From Spizellomyces punctatus DAOM BR117 (taxonomy: Eukaryota), in NCBI GenBank assembly GCA_000182565.2, contig KQ257451.1: a DNA stretch of 64,000 bases, one strand, 5' to 3'. The position numbers and the translations under genes are program-made. The notes beneath the pieces were generated by a model. That model did not search any database and was not told where the DNA came from. It worked only from the letters and a program-made list of their open reading frames with translations. Shown in pieces: positions 13,568 through 30,356 of this stretch. Every line of letters starts with the position of its first letter. Positions within the stretch are counted from its first letter, which is position 1.

Positions 13568-16500
13568 ATGTTTGAATTCGCAAAGTCCGCGCTCACAGGA
13601 GCACTCGGTTCGAAAGGACCTAGTCTTCCCTTCACTGTTGGAGAGGTCGTGCATTCGGATGCGCTCTGGACTATTCATGACGGTAGTAAAAAGGTAAAAG
13701 GTGTGGATGATCTACTTTTATCTCCTCATAGGAGCATGCTAAGTTTGCAAGTTGAGTAGGACGACCGGACACCTGTGAGCGTCTTTGTCTTTGATTCTGT
13801 CCGACATCGCGACAAGCTGCCCTTGGCGAGAAATGCTCTCAAAAAGTGCAGAACAATACGGCACCCTGATATGCTAAAAGTTATTGAGGGCGTTGAGGTG
13901 GGAGCCTCACTGTGCTATTGCAGCTCAAATACACGTAACTCAATCCCAGAATTTCCAAACCAGACGGAAACCAAGATTATAATAGGGACGGAGGCTGTTA
14001 CCCCTCTTCGAACATATAGCCCCCTAAAGTCACTCAATCAGAACCTCATAGCGTGGGGCTTGTATAAGATCGCCGTGGGTACTGCGTAGTTACTGTCACC
14101 TATACGATTGTCTTGTTTTGATGTTTGCCATGTATCTTGTGACAGACGGCGATCAAGTTTTTGAACACAGACTGTAATATGATTCATGGGAATATTCGAG
14201 TTGACTCTATTTATACGACCAAAGCGGGAGAGTGGAAGTATGTGGTCCGACATGATTATCCTTTACCACCTGGTAACTCGACTGACTTCGATTTCGGCTG
14301 ACTTAGATTGGGAGGGTTCGAGCTGTTAAGCTCGCTGAAAGAGGACAACCCGGTGATATTGACATACGGAGGCTACCTACCAGAAGCTTCAAAGTACGCA
14401 CCGCCCGAGGTGAGAAAGACCTCCTGGACAGCATGCCGCAAGTGGGTTCTAAACACGGAAAAATGGTACTACACTCTGTTGTACACGCTTTGATGCTCTC
14501 CCTGTCAACAGCACGCCATCCAATGCCGTCGATTCCTGGGCGTTTGGTTGCCTGATACACGAGATTTTTAATGGTTTTTTCTCACGACCGGAAGATCTTG
14601 GGCAGCGTGGCGATATACCACAAGAGCTTTTCCCTATTTACAAGTCCTTCCTGAACATGGAACCAAAGGCGCGAATGACAATGGGCGACTTTCTCGATAA
14701 AGGAATTTGGAAGCAGGGATACTTTGATAAGGATTTCATCTCCGTCACATTGTTTTTGGAGCAAATAGCCATCAAGGATGCGTTTGAAAAAGAGCAATTT
14801 ATCAGGTGCTGGGTAACAGTGCGCTTTATCCAGAGGCTTTTTTTTACTCAACTGGGATGAGATAGGAAGATTGACGCATCGCTAGAATCTTTTCCTCTCG
14901 AATTTTGCAAGTATAAGATCCTTCCCGAGCTGATCCAGGCCGTCGAATATGGCGGCGCGGGGGCCAAAGCTTTGACCCCAATTTTGAAACTTGGTGGCAA
15001 GCTAGATCAGCAGGAGTTTGATAATCTAGTGGTGCCGATTGTCATCAAGTTGTTTGCTTCCTCTGATCGAGCAATTCGAGTCAGCCTCTGTGAGGGCCTG
15101 CCCAATTTCATCAACAATCTCAACTCTAAAACCGTTTCCGACAAGATCTTCCCTAACCTCGCAATCGGATTTATGGACTCAAGTGTGTGTGTCACTAATT
15201 TGCAAGTTGAACAACCCAATACCTTGCCTCATTATCGCTTGCTACTGGCCTTAGGCTGTGATCCGCGAATGCACACTGAAATCAGTGCTTGTTATAATAG
15301 GGAAGGTTGGTAAGCTGCCGAGTATTACAACATATGTCGTAACTCAACCAGTGCAAACTTTAGCTAAACGAAAGAATAACGAACAACGATCTTTTAAGAT
15401 ATTTAGCAAAGCTACAACAGGATGAGGAACCAGGAATTCGGACGGTATGCGACCGCCGTGGCATTTTCCAGGTTTGCAGTTTGACTAAGTACCTAGTTGC
15501 AGAACACCACCATATGTCTTGGAAAAATTAGCAAGCATTTGAATGATGCGGTGAGTGGAACTGTCGTCACTCATCCTCCTTCGCTAGCAGACTAATTCAA
15601 GGCTCTAGACAAAGAAACGTGTCCTGGTTCCTGCCTTTCTGAGAAGTTTCAACGACCCATTCGCTCCGGCGCGAACTGCGGGACTTGTCGCGCTGGCAGG
15701 TCAGTTAATGCCGGTCCTCAAGGGTTTGCCAATGATCTCACAGTGCCTTCTTTGCAAAATGGATATGTTTGATAGCGACGGTAGAGTTTTACGATGGACA
15801 GGACTGTGCACAGAGAATTATTCCGACCCTTGCGCCGCTCCTTCTCGATCCGGAGAAGCAGGTCCGGAGACAAGCATTTAATAACATGGAGATCTTCGTG
15901 AAAAAGTTGGAGAAGATTGCGGACAACATGGTACAGCCTATGATGTGTTACGTGTTGCACTTGCGCTGACAGTTCCTCGCGAGTAGCCAGAAACATCCGT
16001 GCCTGCTGGCACTGTCGCAAACGGAGGCCCCGGCGCCTCACAGCCACCGGGGGCATCGACAGAGGGTTGGGCGAATTGGGCTATTTCAGCTGTTTCGACA
16101 AAACTTGGTACTAGTTTAACTCCAAATGGATCCTCAACCGATTTGACCAAAACACCACCAACGACAACGAAACCGGCTCCTACCACTGCTTCTTCTACTC
16201 CATTAAACCCTTCTATTGCCACACAAGCTCGGAACATGGCGCCGTCCGTAGCCATGGCACCCCTAGTCCCTGTCAGCGCACCAAATGGATGGGATGTTGG
16301 AGCCGCAGGCTGGGGTTGGGGTATGTTCGCCTGGATGCGAAAATTCTGGACGCTATGGAAGGTTAATATGCTATGGCAGATACGGAAAGCGATCTCCCTC
16401 CAGTTACCAAAACGGTGTCCCAGCCAAGCAGCTCGAAGGGTGTTGGATCGGCATTTTCCATCAAGGCGGCAAAAGCCACGGAAAACTGGGCAGAGTGGGG

Positions 16501-16834
16501 CGACAACTTCGATCCTATACCAAGCAGCAAGCCAAACCGCTCAACAGCTCAACCCACTACTAGCCTAGTTTCCAGTGGAGAAAATGCATGGACCGAAAAT
16601 TGGGGTGGGGATGGGTGGGATATTGATCCTTTAACACCATCCAGACCATTATCATCCAACAGTATTGGAAGCCCAGGTGGTTCAGCGGAAGACAAAGAAC
16701 GACGTCGTCAGGTAATCGGAAGTCACATCCGCTCATCAATCGTCAAACTCTCTAGCTGACTACCAATATGATAGCGTCTTGCAGAGCAACGTGAAGCGAG
16801 AAAAGCTGGCAAGTTGGGTGCTAGGAAAATATAA
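13568..16834 (+). CDS. CEX1: SCY1-like pseudokinase with HEAT repeats (Cex1/SCYL1), multi-exon
   Basis: LARNALKKCRTIRHP, IHGNIRVDSIY..GEWKLGGFE, HEAT repeats (DEEPGIRTNTTICLGKI, DPFAPARTAG), disordered tail ending KLGARKI. Confidence 0.9.
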
Positions 16835-16879
16835 CCATGTCTTAAATATAGGTGACTTTCTATGGAAGGCATGTTAGCC

Positions 16880-20223
<3,344 letters not shown>

Positions 20224-21284
20224 TCTGCTGTACTGCTCTTCCCAAGTACCACTGCCTTTGGTCTGTATTCGAATGAAAGACAGTAAATACATGGTGAAAT
20301 AGGAACACTCTAACTGGAAGTTTAAGGCCATACGTTAAATCCAAACAAAGCAGCTAATGTCTTGGAATATCTCAAGGATGGGCACAACTCTTGGGATGAG
20401 AGTCTTAACTTGGAAATTGCACACGTTTGGATGCATTATCAAGAAGAAATATAATATGCCCATTTTAGGCATCTCATGTAACCATATTCGGCGCTCAACA
20501 CTTAGATGTCATCTCAAGTGGATGGCCATTGGAATAGTGTATTAGCAAAAACAAATGTCAGTGCCTCCACACCAGGGAATGAACCGGCGACAACCGGTTC
20601 GGAAAAGCTAACTAGCTAACTCCTTACAAGCAACTAATATCACTAGGCCCAATTACACATACATAACGGTTGGTCAACCGGGTAACTCACCACCACGAGA
20701 GAAATCCTACTCGCCCTTTGATTCCGAAATTCTTAGTCAGAGGATGTTTCAGATACTAGTAAAGTCAGAATTAGACTGGGTAATATGCGTGGGAAAAATC
20801 AGTAAGATATACCTGCGATCGTAGCAATATAGTAGTAGCAGCGTTTGCAAGGGGTTGTGTCGTATTTGTCGGGAGGGCGAGGTCCTCGGCACCAGAGCGG
20901 CATTCTCATGGTGGACTGAGACTTGTTGGGCAGATGCTTCGAGAGTCGAGGGATAAAGATGGGGGGCAGACAAGGGGGGGTTTATATAGGAAAACCGATA
21001 GATTGAGTCATTTAGCGTCATGCAGGTGGCAAACTGCGAATATTCCTCTCATAGATGGCCGCAAAGGGATAATAATTGCAATCCGTTCATGGCCGCACAT
21101 ATTGGACCCGTCATGATGGAGCATCTTTTGTGCACAGTTCATTTGCCTAAATCGAGGCATGTTGCATTTCATCTCATTCGATCCAGTGGCTGCATCTATG
21201 TGCAGACTGACAGGCTTTTTTGCCCACACACTATGGAGATGGCATGACGATCAGCAATGCTCCGATTCCCTTTCGGTGCTGAGA

Positions 21285-24200
21285 ATGTTCACCAGGTTGT
21301 TCAAAAGACAATCGTCTTCCTCACCTCCAGTTGACAATAAGGACGGTGGGACGAAAACCTCCAGTTCAAAAGCCGCGACGCCCAACCAAGCCGAAAGGTA
21401 CATATGAAAAGACCTGGCACTGGTATGACGTGAACAAATCCTTTTCCTCTCAGTACACTCACGCACTTCTCTAAAAATTCCAAGTGCACCCGAAGACTCG
21501 GTGCTGAACTGTTTGCGTGTGCTCATCTGCCAAGATATTGGTGATAAAAGAAAATTGCCACTTCTGGACACAGCTCACGACCAAGCAAACTATTCACAGA
21601 CCGTTGGAAGACACCATATAATAAATGGCAGTCTTCCTAAGCCGGTCCCTGACCATCCAGGTGATGCCAGTCATCGTTATGCGGGGGAGGGCTCAGGTTC
21701 AATATCACGGGGTCGATACCGCGGTCCCCTTGGAGGACACGGCGATGAAAGACGATCCGGCTTTCGAGGCGCTCCAGGTGGACGACGCAAGGTTGCAATA
21801 TGAAATTCTGAAGCCATGCTCTGCTCAAGCAAGATCCTGATCCATTTGTTCTCTTGTAGTCAGTTAAAAACTTGGATCTGCTCGGTGAAATGATGTTTGG
21901 TGCCGTTCCCTTGAGCCCGAAAGGTGTCACAACAAAGGTGCATTACTTCCGCGCTCCGAATGCGCAGGTTCTCTTGACCAAGGTGTTTACCATGCCGGCG
22001 GACATTACGGAGGAAGAAGAGGATACCATTACAGCTTCATTGTTGGCGCATACTAGGTTATCTTCTGTGTCGAGCTCATATTCTACTTGGAGTGATGCCT
22101 TTAGCGATGTTGGAGATCGTTCCCGGCCACTAAGCCGAGTCAATTCCTTCTCAAGAAGTTTCCAGCACGGTTTAGAGACGTCCGTCGTGGAGAATTCCTA
22201 CAGCCGACCGGTGAGCTGGATATCAGACGGTGGTGGTCGATATGCTAGTTCCCCCACGCCGTCATTCGCTTCTTCTTTATGGGCCCTCACCGAGGGTAGT
22301 GAATCATACCGGCGTAGAAAGATTGAGCGTTTCAGCATGCATTCTGCAGAACGATCAGGCGACGTCAGCCTTTCATCTTCCCCCACTGCAGCAGGACTTT
22401 CATCTCCATTGAAGGTAACTCCAGTGGTTATCTGTCAAAGTTGTACAGCAGGAGACTCACTGCCGATATCTTGCAGAAAACGCGCCGGCGAATTGCGTAC
22501 AGCGTTGCTCTGGTTTTGGACTGCGGCAGCACTCCTGAACTCCGCGATTTCTTTTTCACGCATTACATATTGATCGAGCGGCATCTACTTCGTCTTCAAA
22601 AGAAAGTGCTGGGAATAATTTTGGATTTTCTTCATGGGAAATCACAGGAGTTGAACAGCCGGCCGCCTTCATCTGTACGACGGGGCATGTTAATCATCTT
22701 TCGCCGTGCTCTGACTAATATAAACGTCATCCAGGACTCCTGGGCAACAATGACGACAGATACGTCTGACACACAAAGCTGGTTTACGACGCCATATGCA
22801 TTACAAGGGGATGTAGAATTGGGGCAGGACGTGAAAACGTTTCGGAGAGACATTCAATTTCTGTTTGAAGCACCACGTTTGAAGGTGAGGTGGGAATTAT
22901 GAGACCGGAAGACTGCTTGAAGTTGCACCTAAATAGTCGCGTAACAGGAGCCTTTGTGGCTCGATATGCTAACCTTCTCAGATAAGCGCAAGAACATGGC
23001 GCAGTCCTTGATCACCAATCTTTGCGAGCTCACGAAATCTGTAGATCTGGCAAAGACAAATTTGTATGCCCTTGCACAGTTGCGCTTTTCGACCCATTCA
23101 AACGCTTAACTCGCTTGCCAGGTTCCTCTCGGAAGTGTTGACCGGTGTGCTGGCCCATCATCTTGCGTGGACTGGGACTGTCGCATCAGTTATCGAGGCC
23201 AAGGGATGCAGAAGTGGCGCAAAGGTTTGTTTAACGCCAACCGAATAGAACATTCCTGGTCCGACTGATCTCCATTCGGTGGTAGTGCATGAGGGTTGAT
23301 GGACCACCATATAACCCCTATCTAGCCCAACTAAGTGACCTTTATGGAAGCATTGGGGCTCCACCTAAAAGCAGCCGTACAATAATTATTGGACGACGCA
23401 AACTGGATATTGTTCGCAAGCTTCTGTCCATCCTGAGCTATTTTATGCGATGCGGCGAAGTTATAGAGGATATACAGAACATGGAGCCTTGGACAGATGT
23501 TTCTTCTGAATCTTCTGAGAGCTTCACTGGTTACTTAGAACTCCCACTGGCACGGTATGGAGACTGATATACGCAGGATCGTCCAGTAACGTTGGCGAAC
23601 GTCGTATTGAAAGGGATGTTTTGCATCAGAACCTCCATCCTGCGGACGATCCCGGATCCCACCAGCGGATCTCAGGCCTTACCCCTACATCGATTTTCGT
23701 ACGCCCGGTCGCTGTTAGGTGACACCTGTTCCCGTTATGGGCCTGATTTCGCTTTGATGGCCGTGCCAGATTTACCGGACATGGCTACATTGAAGTCGGA
23801 CCTTCAATTTTTATCTGAGGTAAGATGAAATGGTGCCCACGTCAAGGTGCAACTGTGGCCTATACGAACAACCCATCTCCTGCTTCCCGTCAAGGTGTCA
23901 AGTGGACCGGCTGCGATGATATTCGTTAACATCGACGACAGTACATGTCAGGTCGCACAGTATACCCCTCCCTCCTTCCATTGTACCGATTTCGAAGTGA
24001 AAGCAGCTTCAGCATCACCATTAATTACGGATATGCTCAAAGGGTTATATGGTAAGGCGGTTATCACTTAGTTCATTCCGATATTGTCAAAGCGTTAACA
24101 TATGCTTCCAGGACTGTGGGCTTGTAGGCTTCCGGCAGAAACATGCATCACATTCTTGGAGGACCAACTGCAGGAGATATACAACAAGAGCATCCTGCTG

Positions 24201-24522
24201 TCAGTAACTCTTGCCAGCAATCCCTCGATCGGTTTCGAGACTTTGGTGTCGTTACTGGGGTGGGTTCAAACGCGCGACTGAAGGTGGTACGCCTTGTATC
24301 ATTCTTATAAACTTGCTATTACAATCCAGCGTCCACAGAGACGATATGCAATTATTGTTACCAGGTGAGAGCCACAGGCACGTGAGCGCTTGCGCAGATA
24401 CATATTAACGCCGACCGACCCCACTAGTTGCATCCACGTTTGACGAAAACATTGAAGCAATGGTGGAACAGCGACCCTTACTGAGTCAAAGCGTGCGTCG
24501 ACCTACTTCCAATGTCTCATGA
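21285..24522 (+). CDS. Folliculin-interacting protein (FNIP/Lst4 family), multi-exon
   Basis: LLGEMMFGAVPL..TTKVHY; VLTGVLAHHLAW; PYNPYLAQLSDLYGSIG; LLSILSYFMRC; FLEDQLQEIYNKS. Confidence 0.88.
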
Positions 24523-24633
24523 CACGACGGCACCAGCAACAACCTCTGTACAACTCTGCCTTCATCCTGAGCGATTGCAGTGTTGTGGGTCGTTACGATT
24601 CCTAACAGCTGCTTTCCTCATTTGATGACTCTT

Positions 24634-25777
24634 TCAGCGTTTGGATCTTAAAAGACCCTGATCAGGACCGATAAAAGCGGGTCTGCATTGCAAAGCTCGC
24701 CTTACCTCCTTGAGATTGCGTTCATGCCGGTCTACACAAAATTGCACAAGTGGGGAAATCAACCTATCAAGTAACAAGGCAAGGGATCGCACCAGCAAGC
24801 CTCCGTGAAATGATGCTGCTATTATTTCATCTGCACCCGCGTGTGTATCATCATCATCGTGCTCGTGATGCATGCTAGTACAGCGATCGTACGCTTCACG
24901 CTCTTCTCGCAGGAGCGTCGTTGGCAGTTTCTCTACCAGCTGGGTTAGGGTTTGCTGTGTTATGAAAGGATCTCGAGGCATAATCAATAGAGGGATCGAG
25001 ATCCGGCTGAATTTTACGAAATTGTAAGGACAATAATAATCAACGCGCCACCATCCTGGGGCATACCTTCCATCGCTCCCGGCTTGGAAGCACGTTACTT
25101 GGATACGTTCCGCCTAAAGCATATGAGAGATCATGATTTATCACAAGGGCTGTTCACAGCTTACCAGAGTGGAGTCAGTGTTGAAACACGAAAATATCAG
25201 ACCAAAGAACCGATTGTCCAGTAACTGCATCGATCGTTGCGTATTCAAGTCAACATGAGACGGAAATACCGTGATGTGCGGATGACTGGCCGGAAAATCG
25301 TTAACAAACCTTCCTTTAAAGTCTAGGGTGATGCACCTACCTATGACTCCAACCAACCACCTTTGTTCCTGTAGCCTCCGCTTCCTCTATTGCATTACTG
25401 AGCTGGTTGCAAATAGTACAACTGGTCTAAGTTTTGGCATGCGCGAAAGTTCAGGTTTGTATACTATCAGCGTTACCTGTTCGTCGCTGATTTCAACTCG
25501 GTCTTTCCGCTTATCTTTGCGAGTCAAAATAAGGCAGCGGTCCACATTTGCAAAGTCTTTGCCATTTTCTTCATAATAGGTACCGAGAAGTAGAGCAAGA
25601 GTTTCTTCTTTTTCTGGAGAAGTGAAGCCGTTGAGACCCGCATGCTGCCGCACAGTTGATGCTCCATGCGTTCCAAGTGTGGGATGGATTCAATCGGATA
25701 ATGGTACCTGTACACAAACTGTAGCTGAGACAGAGCATATGCACCTCCGCGCTCACATGGACAGCGCTGAGTGCCAT
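24634..25777 (-). CDS. BRCC3: BRCC36-like JAMM/MPN+ K63 deubiquitinase, multi-exon
   Basis: Spliced CTEKEETLALLLG; RKDKRKDRVEISDEQ; VVGWSHSHPHITVFPSHVD (intact JAMM motif); FFGLIFSCFN. Confidence 0.9.
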
Positions 25778-26097
25778 GATGGTTGAGGTCCTCAAGTCAT
25801 CTCGCCAGCAACTATCCCAATAACATCATCTGGCGTTATCACGTGATGTCTCCCATTTGGGGTCAAAGCAGGTCGCAGTTCCAAAAGTTATTTGTTGGGC
25901 AATGACCCCATATTCAAGAGGAGACGCTACTGCCCGACACGATTTTCGGATGGCAACTACGTTCTTACCTTTGGTTTGCAAGGAAATAACCAGATTGGGT
26001 TGAACGCCGTGGCCTTAACCAATGTCCCGGCCATCACCACGGCGAGGGGACATTGCGAACTTTACCTCGGCCAATGAGACAACCGGTGACGTACCGA

Positions 26098-29000
26098 ATG
26101 ATGTGCCGACACCACCTCGAAGAGGGCAAAGCATCAGTAACGGTCAGTTCCACTGATGCACGGATTGATCGTTGCACTTGACGTCCATTAGGTGGAGGAA
26201 CGACTAACTAGAGGCTTCCCTCCGCAACTTTACTTTTAGATCCGACAACTATAGAGAAAGTGCGGCATATTGTGCGTACCCAGTTTGACTACGAAATCCT
26301 ATTGAAGCGGCACGAACTGCGCGCCATTCGGCGACAGATAACCAGAGGCGAGGAGCTTCTACATCAGTTGCATCATATCATTATCAATGGTTAGTATAAT
26401 AGTAACTGCGGCTTGCTAGTCTTCCCGCTATGTAGGAATGGAGTACACGACATTCGATATGTTACTTGTCCGTAATCAAGATGGCATTCGTTGTTACTAG
26501 TTAGAAGGGAGTCCGTAAATTACGATGACTACCTATTGCGGCTGAAACCTTGGACATAACCGGAACAATATATACCGTTCGCACATTTGTGATGACAATT
26601 GTGTGATATAGAGGCCTTTTCAATAGCACTCGAAGATTGCATACTAACCATGCTTTGATCTTCTACTCTATTTGTTCGGAACGCCAGGTCCCTCAGCACC
26701 ACCAAGTAGGCAGGCTTCTCCACATCAAACAAGCGTCCACACTCGTAGTTCCGGACGACCTACCCGAACCCCCTCTACCCAAAACAAACTTTTGACGCAA
26801 GTCAGCGATGTGCTTTATTCTCGCAGGGACGATGGCGCATATGTTAGGTACGGGTGATCTAATCTAATTTCCATACAGGTGGCATACATAATTCATTGGT
26901 GTCGTATTTCTAGACTGACGTGTCCCGTCTGTGGCCGGTGGGAATTTGCAAATATGCAGGGATTTCTTAATCACTGTCGTATCAAACATCAAATCGAATT
27001 TCCATCCCATTCGGAAGCTGCACGATCATGTGGCACTGTTGTCGTGAGTGCGCTTACTTAGAGTGTTCTGCTTCGCTTGGCACACAGCATCTCTAAAACT
27101 CATCAGGACGAAGGTGAAGTTCCCGCTGGACATGCTGCCCGTCGGATGCCCGTCAAACCGGTCGTATTCGACAAGCCAACCAATTTCGTATGGGGCATCT
27201 CCGCCTCCCTGGGCAGGTAAATGAATATTCCACAATCCATCAGTGGATGTGTATGTCCTTCAATAGAGCCAACTGACAATAGAATCATGAATCAGCCAGG
27301 ACGAAGGGGAAGGGGAATCTGCTGCTTCAACTACCGCTCCCACTGGTCCGGAAAAGCAGCAAGTATGTTGAGTCGTACGCAAAAGCGCAAGGCTGATCGC
27401 TGATGAAAATTCATCCTACTCATCAGCCGAAGATCAATGTGTACGAGGAGGATATTGACATGATGGATTTGGAATATTCATCGCCAGCACTGAGTTCATC
27501 AGCGCTGGTTCGCGATGATACCGGACTAGGCGGCGAAGTGGCTGATGAAGCTGCGTGTGCAACACGTTTTATCCGGACATCCCCTACGGCTGTCCCCGGA
27601 AGAACACTCCCGTGGAATGCGGGACTAGACGCTAGTCCTCGGCAATGTGCGAATGAGTATCCGATGACACAAAGTGCCAAGGGTGATAATGAGGCTGTTA
27701 AGGACGTTGTGCAGGTTTTCACATCACCAGAAACCGGTGACAGAATGTGGACAGACCAACCAGGAGACGCGACCACAAAGGGCGCAATAGAGACTGTTAA
27801 CACACATTCTGGAATGACTGACGGCTATGGGAGTTCCGTAAGGAGTCCTGTGAAGCTGGAGTCAGATGGGATAAGCGATACTGGCAAACCGTCAGACAAC
27901 GAGGAACATGAGGAGGAGAAGCCAAATACAGAGACCCCTACCCCGTAAGAATGCCTTGATGATTAGATGTCCTACATGTGGGGATTGACAATTCGTTGGG
28001 TAAAGCTCTGGTCATGGGCTGTATCCATCTCATCTAGCAGTCGACGCGGGATCCCGCTTTTATGTAAAACGGCAAGTAGTTCTCGGCAATGTATCCCGAT
28101 TTATTCCTACAGGTGAGAGGTTACTCTTTCGGCTAATACGTCCCAGTAATGACTCCTTGAAATTCACCAGAAAAACGGGAGCCTGGGATGGAGAAATACG
28201 AATTCAAATGGATGGTGTATTTGCACGGTCCAACCACTGTATATATCAAGCGGCTGCTTGTATTACCGCTCAAGGCTGACATTTGTGCTGTCTTAGAACG
28301 AGGACATTACTCCATTTGTACGGAAAGTGCGTTTCTATCTTCACCCGGACTATCGACCATACGATGTCGTTGAGATTTCTGAGCCGCCTTTTCGATTGAC
28401 GCGGTATGGATGGGGTGAATTTCCTGTCCGATTACAGGTCTACTTTGTCGACGAGCGCAATAAGCCAGTGGACTTTATACATATTTTGAAGGTATTTGTC
28501 CGTATCACTGATTGACTCCAGCACACTACTCTAAATGCTGCTTGTGCCGGTATCCATTTCTTTCGGTATTTAGTTGGATACATCAAAAAGTGGGCGCCAG
28601 GTCCTTGGAACAGAACGGATCATCGATCTTGAGCTAGATCGTAACACTGAATTTGCAGAGTCCCGTCAAAACATGGTCGCTGACAACGCGATGGACACTG
28701 GGACGTCGGATGTCACACAGCCGGAAAAGTCCCCAAAGAGTGCTTCACCTTCGGCCCCTGCCACCGGTCACAGTGAATCACTGGCCATAACTGCCAAAGC
28801 TATGAATGATTTGTTAGAGAGTGCTGTTGGTCAGTTTCCGATCATTAGACCTGGTGAGCTTCTGAAGGATTGTAACTGCCTATTATGTGGCTGGACTAAT
28901 CCACAATATCAACATGGCAGTTGCATCGGGCACCCGGCCAAAATTGTCCTTGCCATATTCCACTGCACCGTCAATATCGGTATACATGTCTTGGCCCCTT

Positions 29001-30005
29001 GGAAAGAGGAAGGCGAGCGAGGTAGGCCCAGTGCGTAGGGAAATCGTATTTTATGCGATGATCCTGACACCATGCGATTAAAGTGGCAACGTGCACGACT
29101 GCTTTTGCGACATGTGCAATCACAATGTGATACATATCAGGGCCAAAAGCTGACCGTTAGAGACGTTATGCATTGGTGCCGTGACAACGGACACAATCCC
29201 ACTCCCCAAGTTCGGCGAAAAGCGAGGAGCGGATCTCCTCCAGGACCGAGTCATCTTCGTGATGTAGTGACGGCTATTCAGTACTGTCGATATTGTGGCG
29301 TCGCCGGAGCCCACGATGGGGCGTTCGATGACTGTAAATGGCGACCCCGGATGTGGAGGAGTCGCGTGTGGAGCCTGTCAAGGGCAGATGATTTGCTGCG
29401 GGGTCTAGATGCGAGCGGCGAGCGACCAGTTGAAGGTCGGCTGCTGACTAGGCGACAATATACATACATAATTTTAACGGCATTTCTCTGCATTCTAGAA
29501 GCCGATATGGATATCGTAATTGACAGCATGCGCGATCCTTCCGATGCCATGGCTCATAATGGTGCTAATACTTCAATGACAAGGCGGTGGTATTCGAATC
29601 ACCATCCCACTGCGAGCCAACAAGAAATAGATTGGATTAGTCGGACGGTCGAGCAGTTGAGGTTACCTGCAACGTTTGGGCAAACAGAAACTGAGAAGCG
29701 CATAGCGTATGGTCTAATCTTTCAGGTACCGCTTTCGTGTTGTAGAGAAGTATTGTTCTGTTCTCATCATTGTCCTCGTGTAGGTCGCAAAATCCTTTTT
29801 GCGTCGTTTACTGGAAAATGCCATTGACGTCTACCGGAATGAAGCTGTCACGAGCGTATCTTCAGAGGGTGACCAAGAGAAGACCGATACCCGTGAGCAT
29901 CGATCTGCGCCATTCACAAAAATCCTTGTTCCTCTTCATCTGTACAGAGCATTGGTTGACACAGAGGAATTTGATTTTCTTACTGGCGCAGGGCTGGCTC
30001 GTTAA
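26098..30005 (+). CDS. YEATS2-like protein with an Ahc1-like N-terminus and C2H2 zinc finger, a YEATS domain and a C-terminal histone-fold-like end
   Basis: [89 protein letters not shown]-terminus [15 protein letters not shown]. Confidence 0.85.
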
Positions 30006-30356
30006 AAAATATTTATTTTGCTTTTACTGTACTAAACAGACAAGGGTATATAGCAAAGGATTTTCAAGTAAATAGAACTAATGCATATTTGGTCGGATGC
30101 CACACATAATAGTATCAAGCGTCGTCGCCTGCTGCCAATTGAGGATGAGCGGCAATTGGCTTCATTTCTTGCCAATATCCATCGCAGGGCATCCCCCAAA
30201 AGCCACCACATTTTTGCTGATACTTTTCTGCCCCCTCGAATGCAGGAGGCAGGGCAAACTTATTGCCATAAGTATGGCCAACTGATCCATCAAGAAATCT
30301 GAGGGAGATGCAAACCGTGAGCAAGGTAAGACAGGGAACCAAGTAAAGCATGTTCT

